From Candidatus Latescibacterota bacterium (GTDB taxonomy: Bacteria; Latescibacterota; UBA2968; UBA8231), in assembly GCA_965223905.1 (NCBI GenBank), contig CBDCXV010000011.1, positions 1,920,001-1,984,000 on the forward strand: 64,000 nt of DNA. Reading direction: 5' to 3'. The position numbers and the translations under genes are program-made. The notes under the pieces were generated by a model. That model ran no database searches, was not told the origin of the DNA, and saw only the letters and a program-made list of their open reading frames with translations. Shown here in pieces: positions 28,251-37,217 of the stretch (position 1 is its first letter; the number at the start of each line of letters is the position of its first letter).

Positions 28251-29789
28251 CTAAGGCGCAAGCTGCGCAATACGCGCCTCGATCGCTGCGAGCTGGCGGG
28301 CATCTTCCCGCCAGTGAACCATCGCCGATCGATAGGCCCGCTCGGCCGCATCCGCGTTCCCCAGCTTCTCGCAGGCTTCGCCCAGAGCGAGGTAGGCTCT
28401 CGCGTCGGTTGAATCCAGCCGGAGTGCCGTCTGCAACATCTCGATCGCCTGGTCGTAGTCCCGCCGGCGGAGGTAGCACTGTCCGAGGCTCAGGCGAGGA
28501 TCGACCCAATCCGGTCGGTGGCGGATCGCGGCCCTGTAGGACTGCTCCGCCTCCCCCAGGCGCCCCTGAAGCAGCCCCACGTTGCCCAGGGCGTGGTGCG
28601 CCTTGGCATAGGTCGTGTCCAGCTCCAGCGCCTGCTCAAAAGACCGCCGGGCCTGGTCCAGGCGCCCGCTCTGGACGGCGACGTAGCCGATGGTGAAATG
28701 GGCCCCGCAGGCCTCATGCTGGTCCGGGGTCAGGGCCGTGACCTGGCGGGCCAGCGCCACCGCTTCGTCCAGGTTCTGCTGGTTCAGGTGGGCATGGCTC
28801 AAGCCCGCGAGGGCCCTGACATGCCCAGGCTGGCGCTCCAGGACTGCCCGGTACATGCCGATAGCCTGCTCCCATCGGCCGAGCTCGCCGTAGGAGCGCC
28901 CCGCCGCCAGATAGGAGTCCAGGTCGCCGGCGGCCTGGCTCACCCGTTTCTCCAGGGCTCGCACCTGGGCGGTGCGCCGGTTCAGCTCGGCAAAGCGGTC
29001 GAGCAGTATCCGGGCCTGCTCCACGCGCCCCTGGGCGGAGTGGAGATTAGCCAGGCTGTGGTATGCCTCGGGATAGTCCGGGTCGATCTCACGAGCCCGG
29101 CGCAGCATTCCCTCTGCCTCCTCGTAGCGCTCCTCGTAGGCGTAGAGCACCCCGAGTTCCCGGTGGGCCTCCTTGTTGCCGGGATCGAATCTGACAGCGC
29201 GCGTAAACATCTCCTCGGATTCCGCCAGGCGCCCCTGCAGCCTGAGGAGCCGGCCCAGGGTCCACAGTGCCGCAGCGTCGGCCGAGTCGGCCGCCACGGC
29301 CCGCACCAAGGCCGCCTCAGCCCGGTCGTACGCCCCCTGTTCCTGGTGCAGACCGGCCAGAAGACGGTACGAGGGAGCCGTGCCCGGATCGATGCGCACG
29401 GCCTCTTCCAGCAGGGCGACCGCCTCCCGGTGGCGTCCTGCCTCTCCGTAGGCCACGGCCAGGTTGTGGTAGGCGAGACCGAGGCTGGAATCAAGGCGAA
29501 TGGCGGCCAGATAGGCGGTCTCGGCGGAATCCCTGTGGCCCAGCTTCATGTAGGCCGTGGCCAGATGGCAGTGGGTTTTGGCAGACAGGCAGTCGAGGGC
29601 CACCGCCTGCTGATACGCGGCCAGCGCGTCGCGGTACCGGGCCTGGTGGAAATAGGTGGTCCCGAGAGCGCGTAGCCGGTCACTCTCCGGGTCCGGCGCC
29701 GGCGATTCGGGTGCCTGGCATGCGCCCAGCCAGATCGTCATCAGGACAGCGGCGGTGGGGTGAGCCAGAGCAGCGTACGTCGGATGCAT
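28251..29789 (-). CDS. Tetratricopeptide-repeat lipoprotein
   Basis: LGAC lipobox; many TPR repeats (A...LG..Y...G....A......A...DP). Confidence 0.9.
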   Translation of the reverse strand: MHPTYAALAHPTAAVLMTIWLGACQAPESPAPDPESDRLRALGTTYFHQARYRDALAAYQQAVALDCLSAKTHCHLATAYMKLGHRDSAETAYLAAIRLDSSLGLAYHNLAVAYGEAGRHREAVALLEEAVRIDPGTAPSYRLLAGLHQEQGAYDRAEAALVRAVAADSADAAALWTLGRLLRLQGRLAESEEMFTRAVRFDPGNKEAHRELGVLYAYEERYEEAEGMLRRAREIDPDYPEAYHSLANLHSAQGRVEQARILLDRFAELNRRTAQVRALEKRVSQAAGDLDSYLAAGRSYGELGRWEQAIGMYRAVLERQPGHVRALAGLSHAHLNQQNLDEAVALARQVTALTPDQHEACGAHFTIGYVAVQSGRLDQARRSFEQALELDTTYAKAHHALGNVGLLQGRLGEAEQSYRAAIRHRPDWVDPRLSLGQCYLRRRDYDQAIEMLQTALRLDSTDARAYLALGEACEKLGNADAAERAYRSAMVHWREDARQLAAIEARIAQLAP

Positions 29790-30000
29790 CGCGCAGTCTT
29801 CCGTTGAGTCACGCGGTTGACCGGGGGCGAGGCGGCTGCGGAACCCGCGGACAGAGTGGCGCGCCCGGCGGCGACGCCCGGCGGCGATTTCTAGTAGTAT
29901 AGGTATCAGCGCCCCGCGCGGTGCACTCGGCGGCGGCCCGATGTGTCATGCGGAAAGCGATGACGGCATCCAATGGACGACAAAGGGGGCTTGAAGCGGC

Positions 30001-30909
30001 ATGGCCGCCACGATCGGACTGAGCGGCGGCTCCTTCAGGTGCCTCCTCTTTGACAACGAGGCGAACGCCGACCGCCAGGGGAGCGGCTTAAACCCCCTGT
30101 GCCATCTGAGCCACCCGGACCACAACCTCTTCCGGGACGATGCCGTCGGCCTCAACTTCGAGCACGTCATGAACGGCGCCGCGGCCGACGCCGCCCACTC
30201 GATGTTCACCCCCCGGAAGGACCGCTGCCTCCTCATCTCCCACTCTCCCTGCGAAGCGTCGGTCCGCCACCCGGTCGCCGACTCCTCCTGGGGGATCGAG
30301 AGCGCGATGCGCTATCGCCTCGGGCCGGACTGCGTCGACATGGAGTTCACCGCCCGCCTGACCGACGAAGCATGCGCCCCGCTCGGATACCTCGCCTTCA
30401 TGTGGGCCTCCTACATGAACCGCACCTGCGGCCGGGCGATCCATTTCTACGGGACCTGCGAAGGCGAGGAGGGCTGGCTCCGCTTCGGCGAAGACCTTCC
30501 GGACGGCCGCTTCGAGACCGGCACCATCGCCCACGCCTCGGTCGATCCCCTCCCGTACGAAGACGGGGCCGAGACCCTCAACATCGTCGAAGATCCCCGC
30601 AAACGCTTCCTCCTGCCTTTCTATTACGGTCTGGCGGACGGCGACGGCGACCTGTCGAGCGCGGACGACCGAATGGCCTACGTGATGATGTTCGATCAGG
30701 AGACGCCGATCCGCTTCGCCCTCTGGAACTTCATCCAGGACGCCAGCGGACGGCCGGATCCGCACAGCCCGGCCTGGGACTGGCAGTATGTCATCCGCGC
30801 CCCGGAGATCGGCCGGACCTACCGCTACCGGGCGCGGCTCCTGTACCGGCCGTTCGTCGATCGGGAAGCGGTGCGGCGGGCGTATGAGGAATGGACCGCC
30901 GAACTATAG
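30001..30909 (+). CDS. Hypothetical protein (possible galactose-mutarotase-like beta-sandwich)
   Basis: Coding-like codon bias; aromatic-rich blocks GLNFEH, WASYMN and PAWDWQ. The fold is a guess. Confidence 0.65.
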   Translation: MAATIGLSGGSFRCLLFDNEANADRQGSGLNPLCHLSHPDHNLFRDDAVGLNFEHVMNGAAADAAHSMFTPRKDRCLLISHSPCEASVRHPVADSSWGIESAMRYRLGPDCVDMEFTARLTDEACAPLGYLAFMWASYMNRTCGRAIHFYGTCEGEEGWLRFGEDLPDGRFETGTIAHASVDPLPYEDGAETLNIVEDPRKRFLLPFYYGLADGDGDLSSADDRMAYVMMFDQETPIRFALWNFIQDASGRPDPHSPAWDWQYVIRAPEIGRTYRYRARLLYRPFVDREAVRRAYEEWTAEL

Positions 30910-30967
30910 CGCGGGTGGCCGCCATGCAGGTCCGCCAGCTCGTCCAGCAGCGGGTCCTTGGCAGGCC

Positions 30968-32854
30968 TCACCACGGCGGGGCCAGACTCGGCTCGTGGAC
31001 GAAGCGCTTCATGCCCAGCTCGAGTCGGGCTTGGGTGCAAGGCGGCAGAGCCACCGCGAGCGTCTTGCCGCTCACCCGAACGCGCTGGGACGCCCCGTCG
31101 ATCTCGACCTCGGTGATCTCGTGTTCCCCCATGCCCCCCGCCTGGATCAGCACCTCCCGGCGCTCCGTCGGGCTCAGGTTCACCACGGTCAGTTCGGCCC
31201 GGTCGTCGCTCAGCCCCGAGACCAGTGCGGCCACGTCGGGCGGAAGCCCTGGACGACGGCGCTGAGCGTCGAAGTGACGCAGTCTCGTGACCAGCAGGCC
31301 CCCATTGTAGTGCGGTAGAGGAGCGCCCATGGTGAGCTGCACCAGGCCTTCACAGGTGACCGGATTCCGTTGCTGGAAATAGGCGTCGCCATAGGTGGCC
31401 GGATCCTGGTCGTCCTGCGCCATGAAGTCGAGACGCGCCCGCACCTGGTCCAGATTGTGTTGCAAGATCCGCTCCGGATACTCGGGAAACTCTCCGTGCA
31501 GGTAGGCCATCCAGCCCCAGTCGTGCCCGCCCTGGTCTTTGGTGTGGTGCCAGGAGTTGATGTCGAAGGGATCACCCGACCTCTTGCGGGTCCGCTCGAA
31601 TCGTCGTGAATCGTCCCGGGCCATCGACATGCACCACAGATGGGCGATATCGGACGGGTAGATGGGCATGAACTCGAACCAGCCGTCCTCCTGGAGAGCG
31701 GTGCCATCCTCCTTCCGGATCGGGTACATCATCCACACGCCGGGCTCGTAGTCGACCCGCCCGGGATCATCGTACTTGTGGGGCACGTAGAGCTGATCGT
31801 CGCGCTCGATCCCGCGGGAGATGAGGACGTCGATCTGCGACCTTGGAAAATCCATGTAGTCCAGCCGGCGCGTCAGCAGGGCGCAGTTCTGGGCTGCGAC
31901 CCCCACGGCCTGCCCGACGCTGTGCCAACCGTGGGGCCAGGCCCAGCCGTAGCTCGACCCGTACCACTTGCCGTTGGTGTGTTCGCCCACGACGCCGGAG
32001 AGGCCGACGTTGTCCGGTACGATGCCGCCGTTGGCGCCGGCGCGCTCCATCCAGGCCTCGGTGTATTCCAGGATCCAGTCGCGGTACTTCCCGTCCGCCG
32101 TCAGCAGGTAGGCGTTTGCCCCCAGGGTGGTCGCCAGGAGATTGACCACGGCGTCGCCGCGGCCCATGCGATCGCGCATGGCCAGGCCCAGCCGCTCGCC
32201 CAGCTCGGGACTACCTCGCACCGCCTCGTGATTGGTGCATCCCGGCACGTCGTAGAAGGGCAGGTTGTACCCCTCATAGGGCCAGTGCGGACCTTCCTCG
32301 AAGGCCCGGTAGGCCGGCCCCTTGCTGCCGTTTCTCGCGCAGCGGATGATCCGGTGCTCCGGGTCGTAGTTTGGCGCCTCCGGATCCTCACCGAGGAAGA
32401 GCCCAGCGAAGCGCCGGGCCCGCTCGATGTGGGCCCCGTTGGTCGGATCGGCCATGCAGAGCATGTAGAACAGGTAGTTGCCCTCGCCCTGATGGAACCA
32501 GTCGTAGCCCGGCTGGTATTCCTTCACCACCATGGGGTAGCCGTGGCCGGTGCCATGCTGGCTCATCTGCTCATTGATGACGTCGAATTCCCGATGGGCA
32601 TCGGCCAGGAACCGGTCGCTGCCGCCGAGAAGGTAGAAGAGCGGCCAGTTGTGGAAGCTCTCGTAGCAGTCATCCAGCGCGTCGATGCTCTGGAAGTCGG
32701 GACTCGGGGGCCAGAGCAGGCGCCCATCCGGATGGGTGTATCTCTCGAGCGCCTGCGGAGCGGCGTCCTCGATTGCGTCGAACAGCTGGCGCTGAAGCAG
32801 GGCCCACTTCGGTGGTGTCCGGGCCGATTCGCGCGCCTCCAGGGAGACTGCCAT
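30968..32854 (-). CDS. Hypothetical protein (possible alpha/alpha-barrel carbohydrate-active enzyme)
   Basis: ATG 32854 with GGAAGGAG RBS; DD.YESFHNW, DWFHQGEG and NGGIVPDNVG blocks; no signal peptide. Confidence 0.7.
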   Translation of the reverse strand: MAVSLEARESARTPPKWALLQRQLFDAIEDAAPQALERYTHPDGRLLWPPSPDFQSIDALDDCYESFHNWPLFYLLGGSDRFLADAHREFDVINEQMSQHGTGHGYPMVVKEYQPGYDWFHQGEGNYLFYMLCMADPTNGAHIERARRFAGLFLGEDPEAPNYDPEHRIIRCARNGSKGPAYRAFEEGPHWPYEGYNLPFYDVPGCTNHEAVRGSPELGERLGLAMRDRMGRGDAVVNLLATTLGANAYLLTADGKYRDWILEYTEAWMERAGANGGIVPDNVGLSGVVGEHTNGKWYGSSYGWAWPHGWHSVGQAVGVAAQNCALLTRRLDYMDFPRSQIDVLISRGIERDDQLYVPHKYDDPGRVDYEPGVWMMYPIRKEDGTALQEDGWFEFMPIYPSDIAHLWCMSMARDDSRRFERTRKRSGDPFDINSWHHTKDQGGHDWGWMAYLHGEFPEYPERILQHNLDQVRARLDFMAQDDQDPATYGDAYFQQRNPVTCEGLVQLTMGAPLPHYNGGLLVTRLRHFDAQRRRPGLPPDVAALVSGLSDDRAELTVVNLSPTERREVLIQAGGMGEHEITEVEIDGASQRVRVSGKTLAVALPPCTQARLELGMKRFVHEPSLAPPW

Positions 32855-32922
32855 GGTCACTCTCCTTCCGTTTTGGGCTGGTACCACTCGATGATCAAGG
32901 TATGCTCCTCCGGTCTGATTCC

Positions 32923-34680
32923 TCATGGGCCGGGAGCCGGATCGGGGCGTCCCACCTCGCCCTCGACCAGCGTGACGAACCGATCGGGTCTCAGACCCGC
33001 CAGACGCTCGACCGCGCCGCCGGGCCAGTGGATCCGCACCGAGTCGACCCGCGTCCTGGCGCCCAGCCCGAAGCTCACCCGCATGTCCCGCTGCGACAGA
33101 TAGCTGAAGCTGCCCCGGACCTCCTTCACCTGGTAGAGGCCGCCCGCCCACACCTCGATCCGCGCCCCGATGCCGTCCCGGTTGCTCGGTCCGCCCCGGG
33201 TGGAGATGGTGAGCCAGTGGCGGGAATTCCCCTCCTCGTTGCGCAGCAGGGCGGGCGACTGCCCGCTGTTGGTGACCACGATGTCCGCATCGCCGTCGTT
33301 GTCGTAGTCACCCACGGCGCAACCGCGGCTGACCCGCGCCTGTGCCAGGGCCGCCCCCGCCCGGGAAGAGACGTCCCGGAACCGGTACTGGCCGCGGACG
33401 TCGGGTCCCTGGTTCCGCAGCAGCTGGTTCGGCTGGGCGTAGCTGCTGGATTCGTAGAACGCGGAGGCGTTGTCGAGCACGTGGCCATTGGCCACGAACA
33501 GGTCCTGGTAGCCGTCGTTGTCGTAGTCGACGAAGCCGATGCCGAACGAAAGGTAGCGCAGGCTGACCAGACCGACCCCTGCGGAGTAAGAGGCGTGCGG
33601 GAAGAACCCGGTGCCCCGGTTCTGGTACAGGCTGTTGGGCTCGTTCTCGAAATTGGTGACCACCAGGTCCATGTCGCCGTCGTTGTCGTAGTCGGCCGCA
33701 TCGACCCCCATTCCCGCCTCCTCCTGGCCGTCCTGGCCGTAGGCCACGCCGGCCAACCTGCCGAGCTCGGTGAAGCGCCCGTCGCCCTCGTTTTGGTAGA
33801 GGAAGTTGGGCACGGCGTCATTGGCCACATAGAGGTCACTCCAGCCGTCGTTGTCATAGTCGGTGGCCACCACGCCCAGCCCCCGCCCGGCCGCGGCCGA
33901 GGTGTCCACCAGCCCGGCCAGCCGATTCACGGCGCGGAAACGTCCGTCGCCCTCGTTGCGAAACAGATGGTCCTCGGCGCCGGCGAAGTTCCGCGGATGG
34001 GGGTATGCCTCGATCCCTTCTTCCGGGACGCGCCGAGAGACGGCCAGGTAGGCTTCCAGATCCTTCCCCGCCCAGGCCAGGTCGTAGTGGACGTAGTTGG
34101 CCACGTACAGGTCGAGGTCTCCGTCGTTGTCGTAGTCGACGAAGGTGCCGCCCGTGCTCCAAGCGGTATCCGCCACCGAGGCCTGGTCCGTGACATCGCG
34201 GTACCGCCCATCGCCCTCGTTGCGGTACATGACGTTGGCTCCGTAGTTGGTCAGGTACAGATCCGCGTCGCCGTCGTTGTCATAGTCGGCAAACGCACAT
34301 CCCATGCCATGGCCCGGGTCGTCGACGCCAGCGTCCCGGCCCGCCTCCACGAAGCGGTCGCCCTCGTTGCGAAACAGCGCATTGACTGGATCCGGCGAGC
34401 CTTTGTACCCTGGGAATGCAGCGCCGTTGACGAAGTATATGTCCAGGTTCTGGTCACCATCGAAGTCGACGAAAGCAACGCCGGAGCCCATGGTCTCCGG
34501 GAAGTACCGCCGACCGCTCGCCCCGGTGACGTGCTGAAAGTCGACCCCGACCTGCTCGGCCACGTCGACGTACTCTATCGCGGGAAGAGGCGCGGGTTGA
34601 GCGGCTCCGCCCGCGGGCGCGCCCAGGCACAGCACGGCCGCTATCCCCGCGTCGCTCAGGGCACCCAGTGGTCGGCGCAC
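32923..34680 (-). CDS. CRTAC1-family FG-GAP repeat / ASPIC-UnbV protein
   Basis: Repeated D(Y/F)DNDG..D(L/I)(Y/F)V.N motifs; C-terminal NRDGIGARI...SYLSQ....FGLG...WP. Probable GTG start after AGGAG. Confidence 0.9.
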   Translation of the reverse strand: MRRPLGALSDAGIAAVLCLGAPAGGAAQPAPLPAIEYVDVAEQVGVDFQHVTGASGRRYFPETMGSGVAFVDFDGDQNLDIYFVNGAAFPGYKGSPDPVNALFRNEGDRFVEAGRDAGVDDPGHGMGCAFADYDNDGDADLYLTNYGANVMYRNEGDGRYRDVTDQASVADTAWSTGGTFVDYDNDGDLDLYVANYVHYDLAWAGKDLEAYLAVSRRVPEEGIEAYPHPRNFAGAEDHLFRNEGDGRFRAVNRLAGLVDTSAAAGRGLGVVATDYDNDGWSDLYVANDAVPNFLYQNEGDGRFTELGRLAGVAYGQDGQEEAGMGVDAADYDNDGDMDLVVTNFENEPNSLYQNRGTGFFPHASYSAGVGLVSLRYLSFGIGFVDYDNDGYQDLFVANGHVLDNASAFYESSSYAQPNQLLRNQGPDVRGQYRFRDVSSRAGAALAQARVSRGCAVGDYDNDGDADIVVTNSGQSPALLRNEEGNSRHWLTISTRGGPSNRDGIGARIEVWAGGLYQVKEVRGSFSYLSQRDMRVSFGLGARTRVDSVRIHWPGGAVERLAGLRPDRFVTLVEGEVGRPDPAPGP

Positions 34681-34877
34681 GGGACTCAATCCTTCTCCTG
34701 GCTGAAACGCTGCTTGACCGGCCCTTCCCTCGCCCCGGCGACTCCGGGAGGCGTGGAGAATCACTTCGAGCTCTTCTTCGGAGGAGGCGACCACGTTCGC
34801 GGCGGAGTGGCAGCGGCGAGCCGGCACGTCCTGATTCCGGCGCATGGAACAAGATATCACAACCCGAGGTGATTGAC

Positions 34878-37190
34878 ATGGCAGAGCTCAATGACGGCAG
34901 GCCCTTCGCCACGCTCGAAGGCGCCCGCGATGCCGTGCGAGAATTGAAGGCGACCGCTGGCCTGCCTGCCGGCGGCCTGAGGGTCCCGGTGCGCAGCGGG
35001 ATCCACGCGCTGGCGCGCGGCGTGCGCTTCGGCCCGGAGGACTCGGGCACGGCCGCGGCGCCCATCGTGTACTGCGCTGCCGAGGGCGAGACGGTGCGCC
35101 TCCTGGGCGGCCGGCAGCTCGACCCGGCAGCGTGGACGCCGGTGATCGATCCCGCGGTCCGGGCCCGTCTGGCCGGGGCGGCGAAGGAGCACGTCGTGCA
35201 GATCGATCTGGCCGCCCAGGGTGTGACGGACCTTGGCGCCTTTGTCTCGCGCGGGTTCGGCCGCGACACGGCGCCGGCCCATCTGGAGCTGTTCTTCAAT
35301 GACCTGCCCATGACCGTGGCCCAGTGGCCCGATTCCGGGCAGTTCGCCGAAATCACCGGCTTCACCAAGGGGATGTCCAACGCCTGGGGCCAGGAAGCGG
35401 GGGATCTGACCGGCGGGTTCACCTGCGACGGGGACCGGCCGAGCCGCTGGGCGCCGGCCGATGACATCTGGGTCCACGGGTACTGGGCCTATGACTGGGC
35501 CAACTCCTACGAGCGGGTCAGCCGTCTCGATCCCGGGAACCGCCTGGTGGAAACCGCCCCGCCCCACGGCAACTACCACTTCTCCCCGGGGCAGCGGTTC
35601 TACTTCCTCAATGTCCTGGAGGAGCTCGACCAACCCGGCGAGTACTACCTGGACCGCGTCGACGGCATTCTCTACTTCTGGCCTCCGGGCGAGCTGTCCG
35701 AGGCGGAAACCGTGGTATCGGAGGTGAGCGAGCCGCTGCTGACGCTGCAGAACGTCAGCCACGTGGAGCTCCGCGGCCTGACCGTGGAGGCGGGGCGCGG
35801 CAGCGGCATCGAGGCCGAGGGCGGCGAGGGGCTGCGCATCATCGGCTGCACCATTCGCAACTGCGGCACCTGGGCCGTGCGGATCGAGGGCGGCACCGAC
35901 CACACCGTGGCCGGATGCGACATCTACGGGTGCGGCGACGGCGGCGTCAGTGTCAACGGCGGCGACCGCCCCAGCCTTTCCCCCTGCAACCATGCCGTCG
36001 TCAACAACCACATCCACCACTTTGCGCGCTGGACCCGCTGCTATGTCGCAGGGATCGGGGCCGACGGGGTCGGCATGCGCCTCGCCCACAACCTGATCCA
36101 CGACGCGCCGCACAATGCCATCCTTTTCTCGGGCAACGAGATCCTGATCGAGAACAACGAGATCTACCGGGTCTGCCTGGAGACCGGGGACGCCGGGGCC
36201 ATCTACACCGGCCGCGACTTCACCTTCCGGGGCAACGTCATCCGCCGCAACTTCGTCCACCACATGGGCGGGGTGGGCATGGGCACCATGGCCATCTACA
36301 TGGATGACTGCGTCAGCGGCACCCGCATTGCAGAGAATACCCTCTGGCGCTGCCAGACCGCTGTCGTGCTGGGCGGCGGCCGCGACTTCGCCGTCGAGCA
36401 GAACGTCTTCGTGGAGTGTCTTCTCGCCATCGGCGCCGACGCCCGCGGGATAGACACCAATCCGGTCTGGCAGAACAACATCAAGGGACTGCGGGAAAGC
36501 CTCGAGGCGATGCGCTACGACGAGCCCCCCTACAGCGAACGCTATCCCGAGATCGCGGGGGTCGACCCGCACTATGCCGCGGGGAAGGGCGTGCCGCCGG
36601 AGCACAACCGGGTCGAGGCCAACGTCTGCTGGCGCTGTTCCACCTGGATCGGCGAGCCCTGGCCGGCCGGGGCGGACAACGGCATCACCGAGAAAGACAA
36701 CCTGGTCGGCATGGACCCGGGATTCACGGACGAGGCCTTCGGGGTGCTGACTCTGGGCCCGGGGTCGTCGGAGCAACCCCTGGGGTGTGGCGCGATTCCC
36801 CTCGACGAGATCGGCCTGGTCCGGGACGCTGCCCGCGCCACCGTGCCGCCGCGCGTGCGCACCGCCCTGGAACCGGGGCCGCCGCGGGGGCCCGGCGAGC
36901 CGGCCGGGCTGCGCCTGCGGTTGCGCAACGATGGCGCCGACCCGGCCCGGGGCACGGTCGTGGTGGAGACGAGCACCTCGGCGGACCCAACCTCGATTGG
37001 CAGTGAGCGCTTCGACTACGCCCTGGCTCCGGGCGAAGTCCTGGCCCGCGACCTGACCGTGCGCGCGCCTCGGGAAGGGGAGGCCGGCGCGCCCGGCGAG
37101 CTGACCGTGCAGGTTCACTCACCGAACAGCCGCCTGCAGCCGTCGCGACTGGTCGTTCCCGGCCCGCCGGGAGACGAGCCTGCAGATTGA
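34878..37190 (+). CDS. Right-handed parallel beta-helix protein (pectin-lyase-like fold)
   Basis: PFATL..ARDAVR, ELD.PGEYYLD, HN.IHD.PH and D.GAIY motifs. ATG 34878 with GAGGTG RBS. Confidence 0.85.
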   Translation: MAELNDGRPFATLEGARDAVRELKATAGLPAGGLRVPVRSGIHALARGVRFGPEDSGTAAAPIVYCAAEGETVRLLGGRQLDPAAWTPVIDPAVRARLAGAAKEHVVQIDLAAQGVTDLGAFVSRGFGRDTAPAHLELFFNDLPMTVAQWPDSGQFAEITGFTKGMSNAWGQEAGDLTGGFTCDGDRPSRWAPADDIWVHGYWAYDWANSYERVSRLDPGNRLVETAPPHGNYHFSPGQRFYFLNVLEELDQPGEYYLDRVDGILYFWPPGELSEAETVVSEVSEPLLTLQNVSHVELRGLTVEAGRGSGIEAEGGEGLRIIGCTIRNCGTWAVRIEGGTDHTVAGCDIYGCGDGGVSVNGGDRPSLSPCNHAVVNNHIHHFARWTRCYVAGIGADGVGMRLAHNLIHDAPHNAILFSGNEILIENNEIYRVCLETGDAGAIYTGRDFTFRGNVIRRNFVHHMGGVGMGTMAIYMDDCVSGTRIAENTLWRCQTAVVLGGGRDFAVEQNVFVECLLAIGADARGIDTNPVWQNNIKGLRESLEAMRYDEPPYSERYPEIAGVDPHYAAGKGVPPEHNRVEANVCWRCSTWIGEPWPAGADNGITEKDNLVGMDPGFTDEAFGVLTLGPGSSEQPLGCGAIPLDEIGLVRDAARATVPPRVRTALEPGPPRGPGEPAGLRLRLRNDGADPARGTVVVETSTSADPTSIGSERFDYALAPGEVLARDLTVRAPREGEAGAPGELTVQVHSPNSRLQPSRLVVPGPPGDEPAD

Positions 37191-37217
37191 GATCAGCGAC
37201 GCGGAAGGTCGGATCGG

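Noticed and set aside
33280-34480. Recurrent GTCGTTGTCGTAGTC repeats (also 51100-51800) as a possible CRISPR or DNA repeat array
   Set aside because: They encode the DYDND FG-GAP protein repeats and have irregular spacing; no cas genes.
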